Source: Deltaproteobacteria bacterium (GTDB taxonomy: Bacteria; Desulfobacterota_D; UBA1144; Nemesobacterales; CSP1-2). From it: a DNA stretch of 64,000 bases. Below the pieces are notes generated by a model that searched no databases, had not been told where the DNA came from, and saw only the letters and a program-made list of their open reading frames with translations. Position numbers and translations under genes: made by a program. Positions 30,561-41,037 of the stretch are shown piece by piece. The stretch lies in contig JBQTHB010000002.1 of the NCBI GenBank assembly GCA_052390235.1, positions 160,001 through 224,000 on the forward strand, given 5' to 3'. Position 1 is the first letter of the stretch, and each line of letters opens with the position of its first letter.

Positions 30561-31442
30561 ATGATGAAATTCGGAATTACACTCCCGAATTACGGGAAAT
30601 ACGCCGACAAAGACTCACTGCTAACACTCGCGACCGCCGCCGAGCGTCTGGGCTTTGACTCGCTTTGGGTTAGCGACCATATCGTGATTCCCAAATCCCA
30701 CAAGGGTTTCGGCGACCTGTTCTTTGAGCCGCTGACGACTCTCGCTTTCATCGCCGCATCAACGGTGAAAATCGCCCTCGGCACGAGTGTCATCATTCTC
30801 CCCTACAGAAACCCTCTGGTTCTCGCCAAGGAAGTAGCCACGCTCGACGCTCTATCTGGCGGGCGCGTGATATTCGGCGTTGGCGTCGGGTGGATAGAGG
30901 ACGAATTCAAGGCTCTCGGCGTCCCCTACGCAGACCGCGGGGCGATGTCGGATGAGTATCTGGAGGTTATTAAAACCCTGTGGAGGGAAGATAATCCCAG
31001 CTTTAATGGCAGATTCGCCGAATTTCGGGATATTGCCTTTCTCCCGAAGCCGCATCAAGAGCCTCGCCCCCCGATTTTAGTGGGAGGCAACGGGAAGCTC
31101 GCGCGAGAGCGGGCGTTTCGCGTCGGCGATGGCTGGCATCCGGTAGGGCTCGTGGCGGGGGAGATAGCCGAGGGGATGCGGCATCTCGCGGGTCTCGGCG
31201 CGCCTTCCGATTTTACGATAATCCTCAGAAAAAACCTGCAAATCCTCTCCGGGCGGGCGAAGTCGGATGTAGTCGACCCAAGAGAGCCTCTGCGCTCCAC
31301 GGCTGAGGGCGTAGTAGCGGCACTGCGCGAGTACGAGCGAGCGGGCGTGAGTCATCTTATCTTCCAGATTCTCGGCGGCGCTTTTGAAGCCATAATTGAG
31401 ACAATGGAGGTTTTCTCAAGCGAGGTAAAGACGCGGCTATGA
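30561..31442 (+). CDS. LLM-class oxidoreductase, probably F420-dependent (Rv2161c-like)
   Basis: GFDSLWVSDH, LPYRNP..LAK..ATLD.LSGGR..FGVGVGW..DEF, PPILVGG. Confidence 0.85.
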   Translation: MMKFGITLPNYGKYADKDSLLTLATAAERLGFDSLWVSDHIVIPKSHKGFGDLFFEPLTTLAFIAASTVKIALGTSVIILPYRNPLVLAKEVATLDALSGGRVIFGVGVGWIEDEFKALGVPYADRGAMSDEYLEVIKTLWREDNPSFNGRFAEFRDIAFLPKPHQEPRPPILVGGNGKLARERAFRVGDGWHPVGLVAGEIAEGMRHLAGLGAPSDFTIILRKNLQILSGRAKSDVVDPREPLRSTAEGVVAALREYERAGVSHLIFQILGGAFEAIIETMEVFSSEVKTRL

Positions 31443-31630
31443 AATTGCGGCCTGAATGAAGCGGGGATTGAAAAAATCTGCCGCGCGCCGCGGGGAATAT
31501 CCGCAGGGGCAGGAGAGCGCTACAGGGAGGCAAAACCCCTCGATGGGCGAGGGGGCTTTAAAGCTCCGTGTTTGACTTGAGCCTGAATTCTCGGTAAATA
31601 TTGAGAAAACTACCAATATAGAGGGGCTTA

Positions 31631-33070
31631 ATGGCGGAAGAGTATAATTATTTAGTCAACGGCGTGTGGGTTGAGACAGAGAAAAAAAGAGAAATCAAAA
31701 ACCCCTATGACGATACCCTCGCAGGAATTGTGAGCGTTCCCGATGCCGAGTCTGCCGAGGGGGCATTGAGAGGAGCAGAGCGCGCATTCTCCCAATTTAA
31801 ATCCGCGCCAAGCTACGAGCGAAGGGACATACTGCGCAGAATTGCCGCCGCCATTGCATCCCGCAGGGAGGAATTCGCAAGGACTCTGGTTCTTGAATCG
31901 GGCAAGCCCCTTAAGACGGCAAGAGCCGAGGTTGACCGCGCCGTGATGACATTTACCGTCGGGGCTGAAGAGGCGGCAAGGTTCAGAGGCGGCGAAATCC
32001 TCCCACTCGATATAATTCCCGGAAGCGAGGAGAGGTTCGGACTCGCCCGCAGGTTTCCCCTTGGCGTTGTCGTAGGAATATCGCCGTTTAATTTCCCGCT
32101 CAATCTCGTAGCCCATAAGCTCGCTCCGGCTATCGCCTCTGGCAACGCTATGATACTAAAGCCCGCGTCGCAGACCCCCATGTCGGCTCTCAAACTGGGC
32201 GAGGTGGCAATGGACGCCGGGCTCCCTCCGGGGGTGTTTAATATCCTTCCCCTTGCCGGCTCGGACGTAGAGCCTGTGATTCGAGACGGGCGCGTGAAGA
32301 AAATCTCATTCACCGGAAGCGATGAAATAGGCTGGGAGCTGATGCGTAAATTCCCCAAGAAAAAGGTTACGCTTGAGCTCGGAGGCAACGCCGCAGTGGT
32401 AATTGACCATGACCCGCCCGATATGGATTTTGCCGCCGCGAGGTGCGCTTGGGGGGCGTTTTATCAGGCTGGGCAGAGTTGCATCTCGGTGCAGAGGATA
32501 TTCGTGCATGATAGGGCGTGGGATGAGTTTTTGGATAAATTCATCTCGGCGGCGAAGGCTATGAAGCTCGCAGACCCGATGCTAGAGGATACGGACATTG
32601 GCCCGGTGATAGACGACGCCTCAGCCGAGCGAATCATGCGCTGGATAGACGAGGCCCTCGGCGCTGGGGCGTCGCTCCTTTGTGGCGGAGGGAGACGGGG
32701 GCGGCTTATCGAGCCGACAGCCCTTACGGGAGCGCCTCCAGAATGCTCCGTTGTTTCCAGAGAGGTATTTGGGCCCGTCGCGGTCATAGAGCGTTTCAGG
32801 GATTTCGGGGACGCGCTCTCGAAGGTAAACGATTCTCGCTACGGGCTTCAGGCTGGGGTGTTTACGAAGAATATGAAGCGCGCATTTTTGGCTTACGAGG
32901 CGATAAACGTCGGAGGAGTCGTCGTGAACGACTGCCCAAGCTACAGAGTAGAGAATATGCCCTACGGAGGCGTGAAGGATTCGGGCGTGGGTAGGGAGGG
33001 CGTCAGATACGCTATCGAGGCGATGACCGAACTCAAACTTATGGTTGTGAACCTCAGGGATTATAAGTAG
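31631..33070 (+). CDS. Aldehyde dehydrogenase family protein
   Basis: SPFNFP, KPASQTP, FTGS, LELGGN, GQSCISVQR, EVFGP, PYGGVKDSG.GREG. Confidence 0.93.
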   Translation: MAEEYNYLVNGVWVETEKKREIKNPYDDTLAGIVSVPDAESAEGALRGAERAFSQFKSAPSYERRDILRRIAAAIASRREEFARTLVLESGKPLKTARAEVDRAVMTFTVGAEEAARFRGGEILPLDIIPGSEERFGLARRFPLGVVVGISPFNFPLNLVAHKLAPAIASGNAMILKPASQTPMSALKLGEVAMDAGLPPGVFNILPLAGSDVEPVIRDGRVKKISFTGSDEIGWELMRKFPKKKVTLELGGNAAVVIDHDPPDMDFAAARCAWGAFYQAGQSCISVQRIFVHDRAWDEFLDKFISAAKAMKLADPMLEDTDIGPVIDDASAERIMRWIDEALGAGASLLCGGGRRGRLIEPTALTGAPPECSVVSREVFGPVAVIERFRDFGDALSKVNDSRYGLQAGVFTKNMKRAFLAYEAINVGGVVVNDCPSYRVENMPYGGVKDSGVGREGVRYAIEAMTELKLMVVNLRDYK

Positions 33071-33198
33071 GATTTATCAAGCGTATCGCCCCCTGGGCAG
33101 GTCTTATTAGGATTATCTCCCGCCGGAATTGACGTTTAGCGGCTCTCATGGGTGCATTTCTTGGCGCAAGCGGTTTATAGCCATAACGGGAGGCAGTG

Positions 33199-34851
33199 AT
33201 GGAATCAGATGAAATCTCGCAGGCGAAGAAATCTTGGCGGGAAGGGTATGAGAAAATCCCTGAGAGAGACGCGGATTTTACAACCGTCTCAGGGATGGAC
33301 GTTCCCGCTCTCGCATCGCCTGACGATGCCCCCGGATTTGATTATCTCAGGGATTCGGGATTTCCCGGCTCATATCCGTTCACGCGAGGCATTTACGGCT
33401 CGATGTACCGGGGTAGGCTCTGGACAATGCGCCAGTTCGCAGGATTCGGCTCGCCGGAGGACACTAACAGGCGCTTCAAATTCCTATTGGAACAGGGGCA
33501 GACCGGACTCAGCACGGCTTTTGATATGCCCACTCTCATGGGCTACGACTGCGACCATCCCAAATCGCGGGGCGAAGTAGGCAAAGAGGGGGTTTCGGTC
33601 TCCTCCCTTGCCGATATAGAAATCCTATTTGACGGCATCCTCCTCGACCAGGTTACGACCTCGATGACCGTGAACTGCTCGGCGAGCATCGTGCTTGCAA
33701 TGTATTTCGTCCTTGCCGAGAAGCAGGGAATCCCACTTCAAAAAATAGGCGGCACGATTCAAAACGATATGCTTAAAGAGTTCATCGCTCAGCGCGAGTG
33801 GATTTGCCCTCCGAGGCCGTCGGTGAAAATCGTCGTGGATATGATTGAATTCTGCGCAGCGCACGCCCCGAAGTGGTATCCGGTGTCAATTTCTGGCTAT
33901 CACATACGCGAAGCCGGCTCGACGGCGGTGCAGGAGCTTGCTTTCACACTCGCCGACGGTATTGGATATGTCGAGGAGGCTATTGAAAGGGGGCTGAAGG
34001 TGGACGATTTCGCCCCGCAATTGTCGTTTTTCTTCAATGTTCATAACGATTTTCTGGAGGAGGTGGCGAAACTCCGCGCCGCGAGACGTATGTGGGCAAA
34101 GATTATGCGGGAGCGTTTCGGGGCGAAAAACCCGAAATCCTGGCTTCTTAAAACCCACACGCAGACAGCAGGGGCGAGCCTCACCGCGCAGCAACCCATA
34201 AATAACGTAGTCCGCGTCGCCATTCAAGCCCTTGCCGCTGTTCTCGGAGGCACTCAATCCCTCCATACAAATTCAATGGACGAGACGCTTGCCCTCCCTA
34301 CCGAAGAGGCCGTTATGGTCGCGCTTCGGACCCAGCAGATCATCGCCGAAGAGAGCGGAGTCGTAAACTCTATTGACCCGCTTGGGGGAAGCTATGTTAT
34401 TGAAGCCCTAACAAACCGCATTGAAAAGGAAGCCTTCGAGTACATAGAGCGGATTGATAAGATGGGGGGGGTCATCAGGGCGATAGACACGGGATTCCCG
34501 CAGAAAGAAATTGCCGATGCCGCCTACAGGTATCAAAAGGAACTCGATGCCGGCTCAAAAACTATTGTAGGCGTGAACAAATACGTATCAGATGAGCAGA
34601 GGCGTTTCCCGATACTCAAAATCGGCGAAGAGGTCGCGCGCAAGCAGATAGATAGGCTTACGGAGGTTAAATCGAGACGCGATAACGCCTCAGTGAATAA
34701 TCTCCTCGGCGAAATCCGAACCGCCGCAAATAGGGGTGAGAACCTCATGCCGCCAATAATTGACGCCGTGAGAGAATATGCCACGCTGGGCGAGATATGC
34801 GATATTTTCCGCGAGGTCTATGGGGTCTATCGAGACCCGGGATATTTTTAG
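33199..34851 (+). CDS. Cobalamin-dependent acyl-CoA mutase large subunit (isobutyryl-CoA mutase-type signature)
   Basis: [50 protein letters not shown]; no B12-binding domain. Confidence 0.9.
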   Translation: MESDEISQAKKSWREGYEKIPERDADFTTVSGMDVPALASPDDAPGFDYLRDSGFPGSYPFTRGIYGSMYRGRLWTMRQFAGFGSPEDTNRRFKFLLEQGQTGLSTAFDMPTLMGYDCDHPKSRGEVGKEGVSVSSLADIEILFDGILLDQVTTSMTVNCSASIVLAMYFVLAEKQGIPLQKIGGTIQNDMLKEFIAQREWICPPRPSVKIVVDMIEFCAAHAPKWYPVSISGYHIREAGSTAVQELAFTLADGIGYVEEAIERGLKVDDFAPQLSFFFNVHNDFLEEVAKLRAARRMWAKIMRERFGAKNPKSWLLKTHTQTAGASLTAQQPINNVVRVAIQALAAVLGGTQSLHTNSMDETLALPTEEAVMVALRTQQIIAEESGVVNSIDPLGGSYVIEALTNRIEKEAFEYIERIDKMGGVIRAIDTGFPQKEIADAAYRYQKELDAGSKTIVGVNKYVSDEQRRFPILKIGEEVARKQIDRLTEVKSRRDNASVNNLLGEIRTAANRGENLMPPIIDAVREYATLGEICDIFREVYGVYRDPGYF

Positions 34852-35056
34852 CCCTGCGCCACAAACCCCCTGCCTGTCATCCCGCTCTTTCGCATCCTCT
34901 CGAATCCCGAGTGGCTCTGCCCAAGGACGCGAATTTATGTAATTTGTAGTCTCGGGCATGATTTTGTATCCCCCGCGGCAGAAACTCGTATCTACACAAA
35001 CGCTCCGAATTATGTATTATCTCTGTCCAGAAGAAACAATCGGGGTAAAACGAACA

Positions 35057-35470
35057 ATGACGACGGACGAGAGAAGAGTGAGAATTTTAATAGGCAAAGC
35101 CGGACTCGATGGCCATGACAGGGGGGCGAAAATCGTAGCCCGCGCGCTCCGGGATGCAGGCTTCGAGGTCATCTACACGGGGCTTCACAACACCCCTGAG
35201 GTCATAGTTGAGACTGCAATCCAAGAAGACGTTGACGGCTTGGGTCTCAGCATCCTCTCAGGAGCGCACAACTACCTTTTCCCAGAAGTGGTAAAACTCC
35301 TGAGGGAGAGGGAGGCGGACGACATAGTTGTTTTTGGCGGCGGAATTATCCCGAAAGAGGACATTGCCGGGCTTCACGAGGGGGGCGTAAAGGCGATATT
35401 TGAGCCCGGAACATCCACAGGGGAGATTATAGTATGGGTGCGGGAGAACATCAAGCCGAGGAATCCGTAG
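35057..35470 (+). CDS. Cobalamin-binding small subunit of the acyl-CoA mutase
   Basis: GLDGHDRG (DxHxxG), [13 protein letters not shown]; start reassigned to ATG 35057. Confidence 0.92.
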   Translation: MTTDERRVRILIGKAGLDGHDRGAKIVARALRDAGFEVIYTGLHNTPEVIVETAIQEDVDGLGLSILSGAHNYLFPEVVKLLREREADDIVVFGGGIIPKEDIAGLHEGGVKAIFEPGTSTGEIIVWVRENIKPRNP

Positions 35471-35553
35471 AAGTGTTTGGGATATAAATTTAGCTAAACG
35501 GGGCGCTGGTAATCGAAAATTGTGGCAGTCCCAATAAAATACGGTTTGAACTC

Positions 35554-36195
35554 ATGAAATGTATCCTCTGCGAGCAAAGAAAGGCTAAAAGGCGCTGCCC
35601 GGCAAAACGCGGCGATATATGCCCGCTCTGTTGCGGCGAGAAACGCGGGATTGAAATAATCTGCCCGCAGGACTGCGAGTATTTTATCGAGGGGCAAAAG
35701 AACCATCAGCAAAAAGTTACGGTAAAGAGGCTCATCCGCGAAGGCTCGCAGACCTATATCCGCCGCGCCGAGCTTTACTCCAAAAACCCCGAACTATACG
35801 CCAAGATGGAAATCATCTTCGCCCGAGCGTTCCGCAAAGACCCGAAGCTCACAAATAATGAAACCGCCCGCGCCCTTGAGCTTGCCATTAAGACCCTCGG
35901 CGCCGAGAAAAAGGGGCTCATCTACAACTACAGAGATGAAAATAGGGTCGTGGACGAACTCGCCGGGAGAGCGCTTGCCCTCGTGAGAGAGTATAGAGAC
36001 TCTCCCGAGCTTCGGCAAAAGCGCATCACCCTCGACTACGCCCGCGACGTTCTCGCCGATTTCTTTAGCGAAATTAAATTCTATATCGAAACCGAGGCGA
36101 ACCCGCGAAGCTACCTCATCCACGTCGCAAGGTATCATCCTGAAGCGGCGCAGGATACGCCCAAGGGCGGCGGCCCGCTCATATTCACCCCTTAG
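35554..36195 (+). CDS. Hypothetical protein with an 8-Cys N-terminal putative Zn-binding domain
   Basis: MKCILC...RCPA....ICPLCCG.......CPQDC. Confidence 0.7.
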   Translation: MKCILCEQRKAKRRCPAKRGDICPLCCGEKRGIEIICPQDCEYFIEGQKNHQQKVTVKRLIREGSQTYIRRAELYSKNPELYAKMEIIFARAFRKDPKLTNNETARALELAIKTLGAEKKGLIYNYRDENRVVDELAGRALALVREYRDSPELRQKRITLDYARDVLADFFSEIKFYIETEANPRSYLIHVARYHPEAAQDTPKGGGPLIFTP

Positions 36196-36199
36196 CGAG

Positions 36200-36964
36200 A
36201 TGTCAAACGCCCCTACGGACAGATTCTCAAGCCGCGCTCCTTACTACGATAAGTACCGCCCCGGTTATCCCCCCAAAATTCTCGATATACTCGCCGGGGA
36301 ATGCAATCTCTTAGCATCGTCTGTGATTGCCGATGTGGGCTCTGGCACTGGGATTCTCTCGAGGCTGCTGCTTGGCAACGGGAACGCCGTTTTCGGGGTC
36401 GAGCCTAATGCCCGGATGAGGCTCGTCGCGGAGGAATCCCTGAGGGGCTATCCGAAGTTCACAAGCGTGGCTGGGTCGGCTGAGTCGTCCTGCCTCAGCG
36501 CGGATTTGGCGGATTTCATCGTCGTGGGGCAGGCGTTTCACTGGTTCGATGTTGACGGCGCAAGGCGAGAGTTTGCTAGAATTCTAAAGCGCGGAGGGTT
36601 CGTGATGCTCGTCTGGAACGACAGAAGGGCTACCTCAACCCCCTTCCTTCAGGCTTATGAGGATTTGCTCCTGCGATTCGCAACGGACTATCAAAAGGTC
36701 AACTCCGCCAATTTCAGCATAGAAACAATCGCAAGATTTTTCGGCGGGAGCGGATTTAAATCGAAGCGGCTCGATAATTTCCAGCAATTCGACTATGAAG
36801 GGCTTGCCGGACGGCTACTTTCAATGTCCTTCGCGCCCCTTGAGGGGGAAAATCACGCGCAGATGATGGAGGAACTTCGGCGGATATTCCTAGAGCATCA
36901 GGAAAATGGTAGAGTTACGTTTGAATACGACACGAGGATTTATTATGGCCGCATCGTTGAGTAA
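36200..36964 (+). CDS. Class I SAM-dependent methyltransferase
   Basis: YRPGYP, ADVGSGTG, GVEPN, GQAFHWFD, LVWN. Confidence 0.9.
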   Translation: MSNAPTDRFSSRAPYYDKYRPGYPPKILDILAGECNLLASSVIADVGSGTGILSRLLLGNGNAVFGVEPNARMRLVAEESLRGYPKFTSVAGSAESSCLSADLADFIVVGQAFHWFDVDGARREFARILKRGGFVMLVWNDRRATSTPFLQAYEDLLLRFATDYQKVNSANFSIETIARFFGGSGFKSKRLDNFQQFDYEGLAGRLLSMSFAPLEGENHAQMMEELRRIFLEHQENGRVTFEYDTRIYYGRIVE

Positions 36965-36990
36965 ATAAACTATCAAAGGGGAAAATTCAG

Positions 36991-37386
36991 ATGGCGATTT
37001 CGGTTCAGGAACTCACAAAGCTCGTCAACGAAAGCGACAGAGCGAAAAAGGCGCTCGATTTCCTTCTCGACTACGTTGACCTCGTCAAGGGCAGTCAGGA
37101 GAATCTGCCGTTTGACACCCAGCCGGCAAGGGATGGCATCGGCAGCCGCGCCGATGAGATTGACACGTTCATCGCTCAAATTAAATCAGACCTCAACTCC
37201 ATGCTCGATAACTATCCCGTTGACGAGGAAGAGGTCGCCGCCGCCGCAAAGAAATTTATGCTCCTCGAGAGCGGGGGTCCTCAAGCCGAGAACTGGATTA
37301 AATCCCAGCAGAGGCGTTTCCCCCCGGGCTCCTATTGGTGGAGATACTGGGAGGCAATAGCCGATATTGTGCTGAAGAAGGCATAG
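36991..37386 (+). CDS. Hypothetical protein
   Basis: 131-aa ORF, co-oriented with upstream genes, helical and acidic; no family recognised. Confidence 0.65.
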   Translation: MAISVQELTKLVNESDRAKKALDFLLDYVDLVKGSQENLPFDTQPARDGIGSRADEIDTFIAQIKSDLNSMLDNYPVDEEEVAAAAKKFMLLESGGPQAENWIKSQQRRFPPGSYWWRYWEAIADIVLKKA

Positions 37387-37411
37387 CCCCCGCCTTTAGC
37401 CGCGCAATTAC

Positions 37412-38338
37412 CTAGAATACCCCGATAACTTCATCTGCGAATCTCTCAAGCGCATCAAACATCTCCTCGTCGCTGTCCGAGATGATGTCAACCGCAATGT
37501 GCGAGACTCCTATCTGCTCGTATTCCCAAATCCACTGTCTTATCTCCTCGCGCGCGCCGAATAGGGCGAAAGGGGCGCCGTCGCTTCTGGATTTGTTTCC
37601 CCTGCCCTCGATGATAGATAGCCTGTTGCGGACGGAAAATGTAATTTGCGACGGGTCTCGCCCGGCTTGCTCGGCGATGGATTTTAGGAGTTTTATGCGT
37701 TTATCCAAATTTTCGGGGCTTATCCAAATCGGCTGCCAACCGTCTGCGGCGACGGCGGCGCGCCTAATGGCTCTGTCGCTATTTCCGCCTATCCAAAGGG
37801 GCGGGCGGGGCTTCTGCGCTGGCTTCGGGTAGAATTTAATTTCTGAGAAGCTGAAAAATTCCCCCCTGAATTGAGGCTCGTCCTCCTCCCAAAGGGTCTT
37901 CACAATTTCGATATATTCATCCGTGAGCCGCCCCCTCTGCTCGAACGGGATTCCTAGAGCGTCGAATTCCTCCTTGAGCCAGCCGGCGGCAACCCCGCAG
38001 ATAACTCGCCCTTTCGACAACACATCGAGCGTGGCAACGGATTTGGCAACGGTAACGGGATTGCGGTAGGGCAGAATTATAACGCTCGTGCCGATTTTTA
38101 TCCGCCTCGTTTCCGAAGCAATTGCCGCGAGCAGGACGAAGGGGTCATAAAAAACCTCGCTGAATCTGCCCGCAAGCTCGTCGGGTATGACCACGTGGTC
38201 GCTTGCCCAAACGGCGCCGTAGCCCAGATGCTCGGCTTTTTTTGCAAGCTCAACTACGCGCTCGAACTCGACGGGTCTTTGAATGGGCAGGCTCACTCCG
38301 AATTTCAATTTACGCTCCCCCGTGTGGACTAATTTCAT
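37412..38338 (-). CDS. LLM-class oxidoreductase, probably F420-dependent; paralog of 30561-31442
   Basis: AVWASDH, GTSVIILPYRNP, ATLDVLSKGR, GWLKEEF, PPLWIGG. Confidence 0.85.
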   Translation of the reverse strand: MKLVHTGERKLKFGVSLPIQRPVEFERVVELAKKAEHLGYGAVWASDHVVIPDELAGRFSEVFYDPFVLLAAIASETRRIKIGTSVIILPYRNPVTVAKSVATLDVLSKGRVICGVAAGWLKEEFDALGIPFEQRGRLTDEYIEIVKTLWEEDEPQFRGEFFSFSEIKFYPKPAQKPRPPLWIGGNSDRAIRRAAVAADGWQPIWISPENLDKRIKLLKSIAEQAGRDPSQITFSVRNRLSIIEGRGNKSRSDGAPFALFGAREEIRQWIWEYEQIGVSHIAVDIISDSDEEMFDALERFADEVIGVF

Positions 38339-38504
38339 CTTAGATTAGCGGTTTTGCCCATTTTCTCCAAATCGGCTTGCGATGCGCGGGATTTGCGCCT
38401 GTGGCGGATTTGCGGCGGCGGCTTTTCGAGACTTGCATCACTGCATCCCTCGGCAAATTAGGCGATTCATTGCGGCGGCAAAATCCGCAGAATTCGATGA
38501 AAAT

Positions 38505-38545
38505 ATCAATGGCTATTGATTGTTTCTGAGTAATTTGGATATAAT
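38505..38545 (+). promoter_or_regulatory. Sigma70 promoter (probably leaderless) with a palindrome overlapping the -35 element
   Basis: TTGATT-18 nt-TATAAT ends 6 nt before ATG 38552; ATCAAT-GGCT-ATTGAT palindrome at 38505-38520. Confidence 0.6.
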
Positions 38546-38551
38546 TTCAGA

Positions 38552-39517
38552 ATGCTAACCTACAGACAAGGTATGAACGGAGTTCTCAAGTACATTTACA
38601 CCAAAGCCACGGGGCGTCCCAAGCTCGTGAATCTCGAAGTTACGAAGCTGTGCAACGCCAAGTGTGATTTCTGCGATTACTGGCAGACGAAGCACGAGGT
38701 GAGGCTTGCGGATTACTCCCCTGTTATCCGGCAGATTAACCCGCTTGTGGTCGTTATCACGGGCGGCGAGCCGATGCTGAGGAAAGACCTGTGCGATATA
38801 GTTCGGCAGGTAAAAAGCGCGTCAATTTTTATATTCGGCTCAATGGTTACAAAAGGCGACCTGCTCACGGTTGATAAAGCGAGGGAGCTTTTCAACGCCG
38901 GTCTCGACCAAATCGCCATATCGCTGGATTTCCCCGGCAGCAGGCACGACGAGTACCGAGGAATCCCCGGTCTATGGGACTACCTCTCAAATCTCATTCC
39001 CACGCTGGCTAAGGAATTTAAAAAGAGCATTATTGTCAACACCATCATCATGGAAGACAACCTCGACCAAATCGTGCCGATAGCAGAAAAGGCGCGCGAA
39101 TGGGGAATCGGCGTGTCGTTTAGCTCGTATTCGGTCATGAAAACCAACAACACCGCGCATTTCATCAAGCAAAGAGAGCTTGAACGGGTGCGAGATGTCG
39201 TTGGGAAATTAATCGAGCTTCGGCGCAAGTGGAAGGGAACTATCGTCTCCACGGAGCAGTATCTGCGGGAAATCCCCAATTATTTCGAGAAGGGCGATGG
39301 CCCAGAATGCCTAGCCGGAATCAACATGGTGCAGGTAACCCCAAGCGGACACATTAAGCGATGCTCCGAGATGCCCGTCGTCGCCGACTACAAGGAATAT
39401 CACCCGAAGATGTTTGATAAAACCCAATGCACGTCGTGCTGGTATAGTTGCCGCGGAGAGACCCAGACTATGATTGACTTCAAGCGCGGGCTTGAGTACA
39501 TCGGGATTTGGGTATAG
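38552..39517 (+). CDS. Radical SAM protein with C-terminal SPASM/twitch-like cysteines
   Basis: CNAKCDFC, TGGEP, CLAG...CSE...CTSCWYSC. Confidence 0.88.
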   Translation: MLTYRQGMNGVLKYIYTKATGRPKLVNLEVTKLCNAKCDFCDYWQTKHEVRLADYSPVIRQINPLVVVITGGEPMLRKDLCDIVRQVKSASIFIFGSMVTKGDLLTVDKARELFNAGLDQIAISLDFPGSRHDEYRGIPGLWDYLSNLIPTLAKEFKKSIIVNTIIMEDNLDQIVPIAEKAREWGIGVSFSSYSVMKTNNTAHFIKQRELERVRDVVGKLIELRRKWKGTIVSTEQYLREIPNYFEKGDGPECLAGINMVQVTPSGHIKRCSEMPVVADYKEYHPKMFDKTQCTSCWYSCRGETQTMIDFKRGLEYIGIWV

Positions 39518-39580
39518 CCACGGAGAATAGCTATAATTTCCCTGTGTTAAATTAGAGCGCGGCTGAGCTTCTAAGTCTGC

Positions 39581-41014
39581 TTAGCCCTTAGCCCGCCAAG
39601 TTGTCCCCTTTGGGGTGTCATCGAGCAGTATTCCCTTTTCGCTGAGGTAATCCCTGATGTCATCTGAGCGTTTCCAATCCCTCTCGCGTCTTGCCGAGGC
39701 GCGCTCTTCAATTAACCCCGCGATTTCCTCCTCGCTTAGCAGGAGCGGGGATTTGCTGGATTTCCCTTTGGTTAAATATCTCTCCGGCGCAAGCTCCAAG
39801 ATTCCTAAAACCCGCCCAAGGGTTTTCATCTCGGCAATGGAGCTCTCAAGCGTCGCCGTCCACCCATTGGCGTCTAGGGAGCGGTTGACGGCTCTGGTGA
39901 AATCGAAAAGGCTCCCTAGGGCGTCGGCAGTGTTGAAGTCGTCCCTCATGGCATCCTTCCAGCGCGCGGCGAACCGCTGAAGAGACTGCGCAAGCTCGCC
40001 GTCTCCTCTCGTGGTGGAGCACTCCTTTAGGTCTTGGGCGCGTTTTAGGGCGATATAGAGCCTCTCAAGGGCGGATTCGTTCTCGTCCATTACGCTCTCG
40101 GAGAAGTCCGCCGGATTTTGATACTGATGCGAGAGGAAAAAGAGCCTTATCGCCTCCCTGCTCCAGCGTCCGAGCGCGTCTCTTGCGTTGATGATGTTGC
40201 CGATGGATTTCGACATTTTAGAGCGGTTTATCTCGATAAGCCCGTTGTGAACCCACTGTTTTACGAATCCCTCGCCCGCCGCCGCTTCGGACTGCGCAAT
40301 TTCGTTCTCGTGGTGAGGGAAGATTAAGTCCTTTCCCCCGCCGTGGATTTCAAAGCCGTGTCCGAGGTATTTCGCGCTCATCGCCGAGCATTCGATGTGC
40401 CAGCCGGGGCGTCCCCGTCCCCAAGGGCTATCCCACGAAGGCTCACCGGGCTTCGCGCTCTTCCAGAGGGCAAAATCAAGCGGGTCGGATTTGCGCTCAT
40501 TTATGTCAATACGCACTCCGGCGAGCATATCGTCGGGGGTTCTGCCCGATAGCCTCCCGTAGCCACTGAATTTCTGTATCGAGAAGAAAACATCCCCCCC
40601 CGAATGATAGGCAAACCCCTTGTCAATTATCGTCCGAATTAGGTCAATGATTTCCGGTATGTGTTCGGTAACTTTTGGCTGATAGGTCGGCGACTCCACT
40701 CCCAAAGCCGCCATGTCAGCGATATACTCATCGGTGTAGAAGCGCGATACTTCCTCTGCGGGGATCCCCTTTTCATTGGCTTTTTGAATAATTTTGTCGT
40801 CAACGTCGGTGAAATTTCTCGCGTAAACCACCTCGATTCCCGACAGCGTGAGGAATCGGCGCATAACATCAAATGTTACGGCGGCTCTCGCGTGTCCGAG
40901 GTGCGCTGAGCTATAGACCGTGGGTCCGCAGACGTACATTCTCACCTTCCTGCCTTCAAATAGGGCGAGGTCTTCTTTACTCTGCGTGAGTGTATTGTAG
41001 ATTTTTATCTTCAT
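39581..41014 (-). CDS. cysS: Cysteine--tRNA ligase
   Basis: MYVCGPTVY, HLGH, DFALWK, GRPGWHIECSAM, FPHHENE, KMSKS. Confidence 0.98.
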   Translation of the reverse strand: MKIKIYNTLTQSKEDLALFEGRKVRMYVCGPTVYSSAHLGHARAAVTFDVMRRFLTLSGIEVVYARNFTDVDDKIIQKANEKGIPAEEVSRFYTDEYIADMAALGVESPTYQPKVTEHIPEIIDLIRTIIDKGFAYHSGGDVFFSIQKFSGYGRLSGRTPDDMLAGVRIDINERKSDPLDFALWKSAKPGEPSWDSPWGRGRPGWHIECSAMSAKYLGHGFEIHGGGKDLIFPHHENEIAQSEAAAGEGFVKQWVHNGLIEINRSKMSKSIGNIINARDALGRWSREAIRLFFLSHQYQNPADFSESVMDENESALERLYIALKRAQDLKECSTTRGDGELAQSLQRFAARWKDAMRDDFNTADALGSLFDFTRAVNRSLDANGWTATLESSIAEMKTLGRVLGILELAPERYLTKGKSSKSPLLLSEEEIAGLIEERASARRERDWKRSDDIRDYLSEKGILLDDTPKGTTWRAKG

Positions 41015-41037
41015 GGGACGTATGCGGCAGTTTCGGG

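Noticed and set aside
31528..31582. c-di-GMP-I riboswitch-like GGCAAA...hairpin...AAAGC upstream of the ALDH
   Set aside because: It lacks the GNRA loop and second stem, and lies upstream of the likely ALDH promoter (TTGACT..TAAATA). More likely a simple hairpin after the LLM gene.
33071..33198. Cobalamin riboswitch before the B12 mutase
   Set aside because: No B12-box or other conserved cobalamin riboswitch elements are visible.
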